This document shows, in pieces, positions 17,820 to 28,419 of a DNA stretch of 35,134 bases. Each line of letters starts with the position of its first letter. Position 1 is the first letter of the stretch. Source of the DNA: Candidatus Onthoplasma faecigallinarum (lineage in GTDB: Bacteria; Bacillota; Clostridia; Christensenellales; UBA1242); NCBI GenBank assembly GCA_018715225.1, contig DVMB01000071.1, forward strand, positions 1 to 35,134, read 5' to 3'. The position numbers and the translations under genes are program-made. Under the pieces are notes generated by a model. That model saw only the letters and a program-made list of their open reading frames with translations. It had not been told where the DNA came from and did no database searches.

Positions 17820-20800
17820 TATCTTATCCTCATTCTAGTTCTTAATACAATTATGACGGTTACCACTGTGATAACAACTGCCACAACTACAACAATAATT
17901 ATTATCGCCCACACGTTCAATGGTTCTTTTATTACAGACTTGAAGCTCAGTATTACATTCCCCGAACTACTTTCAAGCCTGATGTAATAATCGCCTGCTC
18001 CGTTCTCGCTTTCTGTAATCGTGTATTGCATCTGCTCAACTGCTGAATTCTCATTGATCTCTGTTACAAGTATATCGTTGATATACAGATAACTATCCCC
18101 TACCTGGTCATAAATAATGCCTGGGTTAAATGTTATTGTGAAGCCGTCTGTAGTCGTCTCTCCCGTAGGTAGAGAGCATTCTATATTAGGAGTTTCATTG
18201 TTCATCGTAAACAAGAAGGTTATCTCTCTTCTAGGATAAATTCCGTCATCTACAACATATGTCATTGTAAATGTCTGTTTACCAGAAGCGATCCCCAATT
18301 CAGCACTATTTTCCATCAATTTATCATACGTCAACAACATTCCATTCACACTACTATTCATATTTAGCATATTTAGGAATGTATCCGTAACGTCTCTTCC
18401 ATATCCGTTGATGACAGAAGAAATTTCATAATTACTTAGGCTCGTAAAATCAATAGACACACGGGCTTCATTTTCATTGACGATTGTGAAGATCAAAACT
18501 TTTCTTAAACTCAACCCATTGTAGTTGGCGGTAACCGTAACTCTATATGTGCCGTAATCCGTGAAAGTATAATTATATTGTGATTTGATAGGAGAGTATG
18601 ATTGACCATTGCGTGTAGCGACTAGATCAATTGAACCCAAATCATAGATAGACGGACTATATACACTTATCTCTACTTCTCCGTTGTAATAAGCGTAATC
18701 GATAGGTGCTGTGCCGTTTACTGTTACTGCCACTTCTCTTAAGACAATGATATCTAGATTGGTTTGTGTAGTACCATAGGTTGTTGTAAACACATGTGAA
18801 TTTCCCGCCAAATCTTTGAATACAAATGAATATTTTCCGTTCCCCTCTATCTCGTACTCTACATTCGCTCCATTGTTCTGTTCGTCAATTGTAGATACCA
18901 AGACGTCGTTGTAATACACCTCGAGAACAATGCTATTTTTCCTGATCACATAATTGTTTAGTGCCAGTACTTGTCCAAAGGATAATACATATTCAGTCGT
19001 GCTAGCATCACTATAGACGAATGATAGGTTATTATTAGTAGATAGGTTATCTGTATTTAATCTTATATTTTGTACAATGGTTTCCAAATTAGGAACTTGC
19101 AATATACCTAAATACAGGCTATATGTCGTAGTCGCTATTCGATAAATTTTGAAGACATAACCCGTCGTGCCAATCTCAGCTTCAAATTGTGTCATGGTAG
19201 CCCCTTGGTCCGCCGCCACTATCACAAATAATTCCTCATTGCTGATATACAATGGTATATTTGTGTTGACCGAATTCAAATCAGGAGCTGTAGCCTCTTC
19301 TGTCAGTTTTAGACTTCCCGCAACCGAGTTCGCTGTAATATTAAACACTGCCAGATTCGTGTCCGCAAACAATTCCTGGAATCTAAATGTTGAGTTGGAA
19401 GATACTGCCACATTGTTGCCCGTCTGTACATAATATAGTTGATTAATCATTGATTGAACTGAGAAGGTATAAACTTTGTTCCCTAGATACAACCCCTCTA
19501 CCGTGTAAATCTCTATCTCAAACTTGTATGTACCAGTGCTATCTTGGCTCGTATTGATCACATAATTAGTTTGATTATCTAGTTGAGTCGTAACATATTC
19601 GCCATCTTGCATCAATTCGTGTATTGAATAATAATACCTAAAGTAATCATTAGTTGGAACTGTCCAGGATAGATTCATTGTACCAGAAGTCGTGCTAGTA
19701 TAAATGGTATCCTCATAATTTGTATTGATGTCGATGTTCATATTTTGACTTACATTGTTGGTATCTCTCAAAGTTACCGTACCTGTAGTCGAATCCAGAA
19801 CAATATTATATCCAAATTCATATTCGTTGTTGTATATGAACTGAACTCTCACTTGCAAAATTGCCCCCGCATAATTTGATCCAATGAATGGATATACGAC
19901 AATATTACCATTTTCTCTGTCTATCTCAATGATGGTTATTCCGTTGTAAGTTACAACATTTTGATCGACTGACACTGTGAGATTTTCTCCATTTATATTG
20001 TAAGTTATATTCAATTCATATAAAGATGTGTCGTATGAGATATTGGCTTGATTGAAAGTGTAGTATGTGTTATTTGTCTCATAATAATTTGCAGTCCCAT
20101 CCTCTCCAAAGGACAAACTATAAAATTCTTCGCCCGAAGTGTTGAACCTATAGGTTGAAACTGTCCCAAACGCATCTGTCATAACAATTTGATATGTACC
20201 GCTCAGGTTTGTCAAGATGTGCGATGCAACTGGCTCTAAATTTGAACCATTGACGATGTAATAATTATACTCGTTGTCGCTAGGTATACATCTATAAGTA
20301 GTAGACTCATTGTTATGAATTATCTGTATTTGTTCGGCGTAGTAGACTATGTTGTTGTAAGTCTCATTTGCCCCTTGCAAATTTATCACATATTGCCCAT
20401 CCCTGAATTCTACCAGATTGGCGACATTCAACTCTATTCTGTCATCTGCGTCATAATAATTTAGCGTGCCAGAATATGTATTCGTCCTCGACCTTATTGT
20501 AAAGATATAATTACCTCGTCCAGCATTCTTTACCATATCTATGATTTTTTGTGCCAACTCTGTGCCGACAAAATCATCTGTGCCATTTGTATTGATTGCA
20601 ACTGTCTCTCCCGATGCTAAATTCGTCAATTCAAATCTATAGAATTTATCCACAACAGAATTGAATACATCCACACTTGGCAAAGCCAAATCAAATATAG
20701 TCAAACTGTCATTCATTGTGTCTGTAGATAAGTCAAATACTCTGTTGCTTGCTGAAATGACTCCCGAATTTACAGTAGTCAAATTTAACGTCATGGTCAA

Positions 20801-23800
20801 ATTGTCATATTCTTGGTCTGCATAGAGCACGACATATTGTGTCATATTCCCAGCCGAGTCAATTTCCAAAATTTCCACATATCTACCCTGCTCGCTATAG
20901 GTCAAAATTCCACCATATGTAGATACAAGAGCTAGCGAACTTGCGGCAGTATAACCTGCAAAATTAGTAATAGGCAAACTTAAATTCACTTCGCTAAGGT
21001 CATTTATTGACCTAAAATACACTCTGTCAACATCTGTGTTGTCAAATGGAGTGTTTGCATTCACTACAAAGGCATAGATTTTGCCCGCATTTGAAGTTGT
21101 ATAATATGCGTCATATCTATTGACGAAATATATCCCCGCATTAGTTTCATAAATATAATTAGAAAACATTTCTGTCTCGTTCTCTAAATTATAGTACTCG
21201 ACCAACGTATCATTTTCTACTAAATAATCTATATTGTTTTCAGGTGGGATACGATCTATAATTACTCTATACCTTGTCTCGTAATAAGTTACTAAATTGC
21301 CATTGGCGTCATAGTAATAATAACAATCTATATATCTATTGCTAACACTGTTCCCGCTAAGTTTGTATCTTATAACTATATCATAATATAAGGTGTCATT
21401 GATAGAATCGTAATTGATATTTCCGGAAGAATCACGCAAATAAGTATTCAAATATATCACTCTAGACACGACATTGCCTGAATCGTCTCGTATGTTTTGA
21501 ACAGCACTGGAGTCCGTATTCAAATCAAACTCGCCACCAGTGTTGGAATACTCGTATCTTATATAATCGGTAGTCCTGCCATTTTGCGTCCTGGTAACTA
21601 TCAAATAATTGATATCAACCTGTGCTGTGGTACTATCAACATTGTATTCGTTTAAGTTTATCTTGACGAATTCTTCGCTAGTAGTCAACACATATGTACC
21701 ATCATTATTCGCCTCACTGGCAACGTAATAAGCACTATCCACTCCCAAATCGCTTTCTGGTACCGAATAAACATCTGTTGTTGGGTTGCTTGTCTCGATC
21801 CTAAAGCCTATGATCTTGCTATGACTTCCCGTCGTGCCTACCACAAGGTCTTTGATTATGACAACATAATCTCCAGGAAGACACAACCAATCGGTCTCAT
21901 TGTTCCCACGTATAAAGATCTCTTGTAACGGATTGGACAAATATTGAGTCATATCGATATTGTAATAGTTTCCGTCATAGTTAGATGTGTCGGCACTATC
22001 TGTGGTGTCTATACTGAAAAGTTTTATGGTCGTTCCACGACTGCTTCCGCTCAGTTGATTTTGCCTATCCACAAAATACACATCAAATACCAGTCTCCCT
22101 GCATAATAATTTGAGCCGTATCTTCCGCCGAAATATTTGCCTACTGGTATACTTAGCGTTGCAGGCAATTTATCTGTCCTCAAGTACAAATCATATCTTT
22201 GATTGCTGATATTGTCCTGTATGTAACTGAATGTTGAATTGTCTGTATTGATTTGTGAAAATTCATTGAATTCGGTTTCATTCTCTAAGAGATTGATAGT
22301 TATAAAGCCACCATTTATGTCATTGTTTCTATCTATGATATCATTTCTATCCACAATGAAATAATAATTTTGCACCCAACTATCTTCGCCAAAGTCGGTC
22401 GATTCGTCGCCAACATATCTACGCTCAATGACATACAATCCAGCACGAGTCATTCCGTCTACGACATTGATTAGAGCAAAACCTTGCGTCCCTGAATTGA
22501 ACGATCGTGCTCCGTTCGAGAACGCACCATTGGAATACAATGTGATTTCATTGACGAAAGAATAATATTTGAGATTTGTCCTATCTGCGTTCCAATTGTC
22601 AGTATAGTTGTCCTCACTCAAATTCAACTCATAGAATCGATATGTAATCGAGCCAACTTCGTACGTACCTGTACCCATGTTCCAGACAAAAGCCACATAA
22701 TTGTCGCTAGTAGCCATGGCACCATCAATACCATTATAGGTTATATCCTCAACTGTATTGTCGCTACCAGTATCTAGAATCGTCCCTGAAGAGATGGTAT
22801 CATTGTCGACATTGATCGCATCTTGGCTATAATACACTGTACCACGTGAGTTGTCTTTGTTGATAGTGAGGGTTACAAACGAGTTGGAATCTTGCGAGTC
22901 GGTTATGGTTTGGTTCTCGCTCATCAAATACAACACCCTTATCATGCTGGTCGAAGCAGAAGCCACATACTGCATTGTGCGTGTATGATTCGACGCCGTT
23001 ATATTTTGAATAGATAGTGAGTTATCTAAAATTCCAAGGTTAGAATAAGCAGTCAGCGAATTGTTCTGTACTGTCAAATAATAACTATTGTCATTAGGTA
23101 AATATGTAAAAATTCTACCTAGAGCCGCTGTATTAGTACCGCTCTCCAAGAAATAGTCATTGTCCTGATATTCTCCCTTGATGAGAGAATATAGTTCATT
23201 TGTCTTTTCGTCGCTCGTGGCGTTAGAGTCCATCAACTTGAACACTTTGTGCGTTCCAACTTCAAACTCTATGTCATCGCCATACAGCAAAGACGCACCT
23301 GTTACCATCTCGCCTTCGACTTTGAAATACGCTTCCGTATTGTCAATGACGAACATATATTTGCATGTAAAGCCCGCTTCATCTGTCAGCGTGAATACAT
23401 AAATTCCTTGATTGAATAAAATATTTGATATTTGTACTTGGCTACCTATTGAATCTACCCTAGATATATCAAACGAGCCAATGGTCGTTCCCAATTCATA
23501 ATTCGTAGTGTACCATATCGCACTGTCGGACAGATAGACTTCGCTTGCACTGAGATTGTTGTTTCTCACAAATGGTGTGTAAGTATATGTTGCAGTGATG
23601 TTTGCTCCGCTGGCTTTGTCGTTCCAATACAATGTAACATAACTATCTATTATTGAACTGGTAACTCTAATGTATTCTCCCGAACTCGTTGTCTTGAATT
23701 CATAAGAAGTCGAATTATCCACATTGGAGACTGCTTCCACTGCATAAGGCATAACCCCCGAGATTGGTTGTCTATCTATAGTAAACATTCTATAAGTCGC

Positions 23801-25954
23801 TGCACTACCTTCGCTGATCAATTCAATCAAATATACTGCGAATTGCCCATTTTGAATATTTTGACCAATTAGATCCCCGCTCGTCAATGCGGTGTAATTT
23901 AAATTCAAGAGTTGATCTTTTGTGTACACTTGATTTACGATATAATAATATCTCGCTGTGATTTCACGTTCAAACACATCTGGCTGAGCCCATGTGATGA
24001 TCACATTTTTATTCGTATATCTCCCTGAACCAACGACCTCCCCGTCTTCTGTATTTACATTTATATTTATAGTGTCAGTGGTGTATCTAAAAGCAAAGAT
24101 TTGATAATATCCCTCTGCATTGGTTGGAGTAACATAGATAAATACCAAATAATATCCCGTCCTGTTGAACGACACTTGGTTTGTGTAATTTATGCTTGTT
24201 GAGATGATCTCATCGTTTGAAGTTGTGTATAGACTTGTAGGGCTTATCGCACTCGTCGAGTAGAAATAGAAACTTCTATTCAAACTGAAAGTATCATTAC
24301 TGCTAAGCCACAAAGAGCCTTGATTTGTCTTTTCGTATGTGATCTCGCCCAAGATTTCTGCCACACTATTTATAGCATCGGCATTTGCCGTTGGATCATC
24401 TAGTAATGTGTCATAGTTTTGTACATTATCCGCAAAAGCGTCCGCATCAAAACTAGAATTTATATCATTGATTTTATGATTGATTGTCGCATCTTGATAT
24501 GACCAAACAGTACCTACTTTTGTAGGAGTTTCTGTATTTGAAAATTCTGTTTTGAAGTCATAAGATAGTCCCAAACCGTCAATAGATGGTTCCGCACCGA
24601 ATAGATAACCATTTGGCACAACCAAGTCCACGCCCGCACCAGCATCTTTTGACAAGAGCAAATATCTCATCTGTGCTTCCTGATAATTTGCCTTTGAATA
24701 TTTCAATTCAAAGCCGTGTATATTCAATGCTTGATTGGATATTGTTAAGTTCATATCTGGCATATTGTCCGCATTGTAGCCCGAATATACATACTCAAAC
24801 GAGAAATTATAACTACCCACTTCGGTCAATAATAATACAACTATATTGTTTGTGGCATTTATATCGTACTCCCCTAAGTTGTACGTCTCATACCTTGTCC
24901 CCGAAGAAGATGTGATTGTGCAAACTAAGTTGGCAGTCGTCCCTCCTATAGTCGTATTAGTTGTGTAATCATAGTCGTATGTAGTAACTCTTCCATTTGC
25001 GGTCAGCGTATAACTCATCTTATATTTTGTATAATCGTATGTAAGCGTAGGATAATTTGCTGATGTTTGCCCTAGATTGTATTGCAAAACATTCGACGCA
25101 TCCGTAGTAAGACTCACTCCCTCGCACTCTATCGTAGGCTGTGCATTGTACTGAAATCCGTTATGGCTGATCATCCCATCATAAGAAGATTCATATAAAA
25201 TATAAAAGTTAAATGTTTGGAAATATGTTACATTGTTATATCTATATGTAATATTGAACTCGTAGTACCCTTCATTGCCGTCCACTTGCGGAATTATGTA
25301 TACAAAATCTTGATACAAGTTGTTGTCATATTGTCTCACGCCTGGCAAGTTGGTAATTGGCACACCATTCCTGCTGGCTTGTACATTGATATATTGAATG
25401 TTGGCTCCTGTGTTTTCTCCAGCATATTCTGCAGACGTTGTCCCATTGACAAACACATATTGACCAAATGACACCATCACGGCCTCCGCCAAACTGACTG
25501 GCTCATAGGTTTGCGAGTCTTCATCATATACAAATCCCGTCTGTGAATTTGTATATCCAGATGATGAGATGTCGTTATTCAACATTACAAAATCGCCATT
25601 ATGGATTATATATCTATCCTGCCCATCATTCGAGATATCATCAAAATAATATGCACCATCTCTCGTCAACATTGAATTATATACAGTATCTAATGATTGA
25701 GCATCATATAGTGGGGTTGTGAATGGAGAGTCGTCTTCAATCTCGTCATTTGTGGAAATTACATTTACCTTTTCCACCGCCAGCACAATATTGTTGCTAT
25801 CCACCGCACTAAATTCAGGATTGTTGCTAAGTTCGGCAGCAAAGACAGTTTCTCGTCCTTTATAATTAAAATTTATTGACAAACAAATACCGGCTGTGAG
25901 CAACACAACCATTATTATTAATATTTTATTGATTAATTTAACTTTCCCCTTCAA
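17819..25954 (-). CDS. Giant (2711 aa) cell-surface protein with signal peptide, Ig-like beta-sandwich modules and a C-terminal TM anchor
   Basis: TTG start with SD AAGGGG. Signal peptide ending near VFA. Recurrent 'G.Y.F...D.AG(N)...Y.F.ID..P' motifs. Ends in a poly-Ile/Val TM followed by RTRMRIR. Confidence 0.85.
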   Translation of the reverse strand: MKGKVKLINKILIIMVVLLTAGICLSINFNYKGRETVFAAELSNNPEFSAVDSNNIVLAVEKVNVISTNDEIEDDSPFTTPLYDAQSLDTVYNSMLTRDGAYYFDDISNDGQDRYIIHNGDFVMLNNDISSSGYTNSQTGFVYDEDSQTYEPVSLAEAVMVSFGQYVFVNGTTSAEYAGENTGANIQYINVQASRNGVPITNLPGVRQYDNNLYQDFVYIIPQVDGNEGYYEFNITYRYNNVTYFQTFNFYILYESSYDGMISHNGFQYNAQPTIECEGVSLTTDASNVLQYNLGQTSANYPTLTYDYTKYKMSYTLTANGRVTTYDYDYTTNTTIGGTTANLVCTITSSSGTRYETYNLGEYDINATNNIVVLLLTEVGSYNFSFEYVYSGYNADNMPDMNLTISNQALNIHGFELKYSKANYQEAQMRYLLLSKDAGAGVDLVVPNGYLFGAEPSIDGLGLSYDFKTEFSNTETPTKVGTVWSYQDATINHKINDINSSFDADAFADNVQNYDTLLDDPTANADAINSVAEILGEITYEKTNQGSLWLSSNDTFSLNRSFYFYSTSAISPTSLYTTSNDEIISTSINYTNQVSFNRTGYYLVFIYVTPTNAEGYYQIFAFRYTTDTININVNTEDGEVVGSGRYTNKNVIITWAQPDVFEREITARYYYIVNQVYTKDQLLNLNYTALTSGDLIGQNIQNGQFAVYLIELISEGSAATYRMFTIDRQPISGVMPYAVEAVSNVDNSTSYEFKTTSSGEYIRVTSSIIDSYVTLYWNDKASGANITATYTYTPFVRNNNLSASEVYLSDSAIWYTTNYELGTTIGSFDISRVDSIGSQVQISNILFNQGIYVFTLTDEAGFTCKYMFVIDNTEAYFKVEGEMVTGASLLYGDDIEFEVGTHKVFKLMDSNATSDEKTNELYSLIKGEYQDNDYFLESGTNTAALGRIFTYLPNDNSYYLTVQNNSLTAYSNLGILDNSLSIQNITASNHTRTMQYVASASTSMIRVLYLMSENQTITDSQDSNSFVTLTINKDNSRGTVYYSQDAINVDNDTISSGTILDTGSDNTVEDITYNGIDGAMATSDNYVAFVWNMGTGTYEVGSITYRFYELNLSEDNYTDNWNADRTNLKYYSFVNEITLYSNGAFSNGARSFNSGTQGFALINVVDGMTRAGLYVIERRYVGDESTDFGEDSWVQNYYFIVDRNDIIDRNNDINGGFITINLLENETEFNEFSQINTDNSTFSYIQDNISNQRYDLYLRTDKLPATLSIPVGKYFGGRYGSNYYAGRLVFDVYFVDRQNQLSGSSRGTTIKLFSIDTTDSADTSNYDGNYYNIDMTQYLSNPLQEIFIRGNNETDWLCLPGDYVVIIKDLVVGTTGSHSKIIGFRIETSNPTTDVYSVPESDLGVDSAYYVASEANNDGTYVLTTSEEFVKINLNEYNVDSTTAQVDINYLIVTRTQNGRTTDYIRYEYSNTGGEFDLNTDSSAVQNIRDDSGNVVSRVIYLNTYLRDSSGNINYDSINDTLYYDIVIRYKLSGNSVSNRYIDCYYYYDANGNLVTYYETRYRVIIDRIPPENNIDYLVENDTLVEYYNLENETEMFSNYIYETNAGIYFVNRYDAYYTTSNAGKIYAFVVNANTPFDNTDVDRVYFRSINDLSEVNLSLPITNFAGYTAASSLALVSTYGGILTYSEQGRYVEILEIDSAGNMTQYVVLYADQEYDNLTMTLNLTTVNSGVISASNRVFDLSTDTMNDSLTIFDLALPSVDVFNSVVDKFYRFELTNLASGETVAINTNGTDDFVGTELAQKIIDMVKNAGRGNYIFTIRSRTNTYSGTLNYYDADDRIELNVANLVEFRDGQYVINLQGANETYNNIVYYAEQIQIIHNNESTTYRCIPSDNEYNYYIVNGSNLEPVASHILTNLSGTYQIVMTDAFGTVSTYRFNTSGEEFYSLSFGEDGTANYYETNNTYYTFNQANISYDTSLYELNITYNINGENLTVSVDQNVVTYNGITIIEIDRENGNIVVYPFIGSNYAGAILQVRVQFIYNNEYEFGYNIVLDSTTGTVTLRDTNNVSQNMNIDINTNYEDTIYTSTTSGTMNLSWTVPTNDYFRYYYSIHELMQDGEYVTTQLDNQTNYVINTSQDSTGTYKFEIEIYTVEGLYLGNKVYTFSVQSMINQLYYVQTGNNVAVSSNSTFRFQELFADTNLAVFNITANSVAGSLKLTEEATAPDLNSVNTNIPLYISNEELFVIVAADQGATMTQFEAEIGTTGYVFKIYRIATTTYSLYLGILQVPNLETIVQNIRLNTDNLSTNNNLSFVYSDASTTEYVLSFGQVLALNNYVIRKNSIVLEVYYNDVLVSTIDEQNNGANVEYEIEGNGKYSFVFKDLAGNSHVFTTTYGTTQTNLDIIVLREVAVTVNGTAPIDYAYYNGEVEISVYSPSIYDLGSIDLVATRNGQSYSPIKSQYNYTFTDYGTYRVTVTANYNGLSLRKVLIFTIVNENEARVSIDFTSLSNYEISSVINGYGRDVTDTFLNMLNMNSSVNGMLLTYDKLMENSAELGIASGKQTFTMTYVVDDGIYPRREITFLFTMNNETPNIECSLPTGETTTDGFTITFNPGIIYDQVGDSYLYINDILVTEINENSAVEQMQYTITESENGAGDYYIRLESSSGNVILSFKSVIKEPLNVWAIIIIVVVVAVVITVVTVIIVLRTRMRIR

Positions 25955-26037
25955 AATACTTCCCCTTTTTATTTTCCCTTAAATGGGAAAAAATATTTAT
26001 TTTGTTTATATTATATATAAACATAATTGTTAACACA

Positions 26038-26066
26038 ATTATAGCATAAGGTTTTTTAAAAGACAA
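26038..26066 (-). promoter_or_regulatory. sigmaA-type promoter (extended -10) of the giant surface protein gene
   Basis: Minus strand reads TTGTCT-17 nt-TATAAT with TG at the extended -10 position and a very AT-rich upstream region. Confidence 0.7.
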
Positions 26067-26217
26067 ACAAAAAAATATTTGATTTTAATTAATTTTCAAT
26101 CAATTAATTTATAATATAAAACATTTTTGTAATTTTTATTTTTAAAATTTTTGAAATAAAAAATTTATTTTTTGGAATTTATTTATAAAAAAAATTAAAA
26201 AATATTAAAAAATCAAT

Positions 26218-26257
26218 AAAAAATACGCATAAAACATGAATTTATACGTATTTTTTT
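26218..26257 (-). terminator. Intrinsic terminator after ypeB
   Basis: Minus strand reads AAAAAATACGTATAAA-loop-TTTATGCGTATTTTTT. Confidence 0.75.
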
Positions 26258-26262
26258 ATTTT

Positions 26263-27696
26263 TTATATTAATTTTTGCACTCCTTTCATTGACACCACTT
26301 TCAAAGTTTTTGCTATCTCATTGGTGTTTGCGTCAATGTAATAAAAATATGTCCCATCTATTCTGTCCACCATAAACTCATATGTTGCAACCTCTTTTCC
26401 ACTATCTAGACGAATTATCGCCTTGGTTACTTTCAGTATTTCATAATCAAATCCCAACAATTTTTCAGCATCGCTCTCTTCAATCGTGAAATTTGCTTGC
26501 CTCTCCACATGATTTAGGGCATAATTTACGGCCTCAAAACCAATTATCTCTTGTGCCGTCAAATCTACCTTAACTTTCACCAAGTCGGGATACAAGATGA
26601 TGTCATTCTTTACTGGAGCCAAGTTGATATACGCCACATTTTCATGCGTCTCCAACCATACTGGTTCCATACTATCAAAGCCTATATTGTTGGCAAATGT
26701 TTTTGCCATTTCCATCGCTTGTTCGCTCAGCATCACGGCATCCCCTCCTTCCGCATATCCAGAAAGAGTGATCAAAAGTGAACCAGTTTTGCTCACTTGC
26801 GCATAAAATTTCTTTTTGTTTATCACAATGTTGAAATTATATGTCGCTATGTCTCCGTTCGTCTCATTTTCGTAACTAATTGAAACATCTCTATTTTTAT
26901 ATACAGTATTTACTAGGTAATCATACACTTCTTCTTGACTGACCTCTCTATCTCCCAAGCCTTTCACTTCGCTTGTCTCCAAAGCAGTAGAGAATGGTCC
27001 ATCGAAAATCATTGCAGGATAATCTATACTCTCCCCTGTCAAATCTCCCATGCCAGCGGACAATTCGTTCATGCCAGTACTATCAAAAATCCCCGCATCA
27101 ACAAAAGTGAAATTTGTATCATACATACTTTCGTTTTGTTTATTTAGGTTCGCTTTGATTTTATCCAATACTAAGCCAATTTTGTTGAACATCAATTCTT
27201 CTTCCTGAGTCAACGTCTCTCCTTTGTTTAGAGTGGTGGCATATGCTTCACATAAGCCATTTACTTGATTGAAAAATTTAGTTGCTGCGGCAGCATTTTG
27301 TTCATCAATCGGCAAGACACTTAAACCCGCCAAAATATAATTGCAATCTCCCATCATGTCCTGCAATATAGCCAATTTTGCCTGCCTTGTACTTAAGGTA
27401 GAGTATTTTGAAATGTCTACCGCTAAATTGTTCACATTATCCACCATTGAATAATAACTGGAAGTGTACACCCCCTCTAGAACATTGGCATTTTGCTTGC
27501 TAGATTTGTTGACCTGATAATAGGCTATCAGCACACATGTCAAAATTATCAAAAGAGTAACTATTATCACAATCAAGATTGGCATCGCCTTTTGGGCGTT
27601 ACTTTTTTTCTTGGTCTCTTTGTCTTGATTTACTTTTGACTTTTTGCTTTCTTTTTCTTCGTCAAAATCTACGCTAGATATTTTGTTTTTGTCCAT
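26263..27696 (-). CDS. ypeB: Germination protein YpeB (SleB partner, PepSY domains)
   Basis: N-terminal TM, 'L..LP......KF.NQV', 'YP.MIFDGPFS', 'LYPDLVKVKV.L...IIGFEA..Y..NH'. Downstream of sleB. Confidence 0.93.
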   Translation of the reverse strand: MDKNKISSVDFDEEKESKKSKVNQDKETKKKSNAQKAMPILIVIIVTLLIILTCVLIAYYQVNKSSKQNANVLEGVYTSSYYSMVDNVNNLAVDISKYSTLSTRQAKLAILQDMMGDCNYILAGLSVLPIDEQNAAAATKFFNQVNGLCEAYATTLNKGETLTQEEELMFNKIGLVLDKIKANLNKQNESMYDTNFTFVDAGIFDSTGMNELSAGMGDLTGESIDYPAMIFDGPFSTALETSEVKGLGDREVSQEEVYDYLVNTVYKNRDVSISYENETNGDIATYNFNIVINKKKFYAQVSKTGSLLITLSGYAEGGDAVMLSEQAMEMAKTFANNIGFDSMEPVWLETHENVAYINLAPVKNDIILYPDLVKVKVDLTAQEIIGFEAVNYALNHVERQANFTIEESDAEKLLGFDYEILKVTKAIIRLDSGKEVATYEFMVDRIDGTYFYYIDANTNEIAKTLKVVSMKGVQKLI

Positions 27697-27708
27697 AAAC
27701 TCTCCTTT

Positions 27709-28410
27709 TTACACTGCAAATATATGATTGCCTATTTGCGTAACATATGTCGTTGACCATATCCATTTACTTGTAGCGGTCGCTGGATTGTAATAATAGA
27801 CCGAACCATATGTAGGATCCCAACCATTCAAAGCATCATCTGCCGCTTGATATGCAGTTTGGTCTGGTTCGAGATTTATCTGGCCGTCATTGACTGCTGT
27901 AAACGCCCAAGGTTGATATATGACACCCGCTATAGTGTTAGGAAATCTACTATCTTCCACTCTATTTAGCACTACCGCACCGATAGCAACTTGTCCAGTG
28001 TAACTCTCTCCTCTAGCCTCCGCATATATTACTTTTGCTAGCAGGTATCTATCATTACTAGAATATCCAGATGAACCACTAGAAGAATTTAGAGAAATAC
28101 CCATCTTTGCTGCCGTGAGAGGTCCCACAATTCCGTCCTGCGTCAGCCCATATTTCTTTTGGAATCTTTTTACCGCACTGATTGTAAGAGGACCATTTAT
28201 TCCGTCCACATTACCTGTATAATATCCCCATTTTTTTAGTCTTTTCTGCACTTCTGTGATGTCAGCCGTCGCAGAATATGCGGGCTCAATCTCGGCTATG
28301 GTTTGCCTCGCTTCTCCTGTGTCATCTGTGCCCTGAATCACTCCCACGGTGCCCAAGACACCAAATACAGACGAAAGCATGACCAACAATGCTACTAACA
28401 TTTTTTTCAT
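27709..28410 (-). CDS. sleB: Spore cortex-lytic enzyme SleB
   Basis: Signal peptide, PG_binding_1 (VQ.RLK.WGYY.G.VDG..G..T..AV..FQ) and Hydrolase_2 (LLA.VI.AEARGE...VGA/IGAVVLNRV...GWDP...YYYNP). Start set at ATG 28410 after SD GGGGTG. Confidence 0.95.
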   Translation of the reverse strand: MKKMLVALLVMLSSVFGVLGTVGVIQGTDDTGEARQTIAEIEPAYSATADITEVQKRLKKWGYYTGNVDGINGPLTISAVKRFQKKYGLTQDGIVGPLTAAKMGISLNSSSGSSGYSSNDRYLLAKVIYAEARGESYTGQVAIGAVVLNRVEDSRFPNTIAGVIYQPWAFTAVNDGQINLEPDQTAYQAADDALNGWDPTYGSVYYYNPATATSKWIWSTTYVTQIGNHIFAV

Positions 28411-28419
28411 ATTCACCCC

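Noticed and set aside
20646-20654. Perfect DnaA box TTATCCACA
   Set aside because: Single copy inside a CDS with no cluster near the AT-rich spacers, so not an origin.
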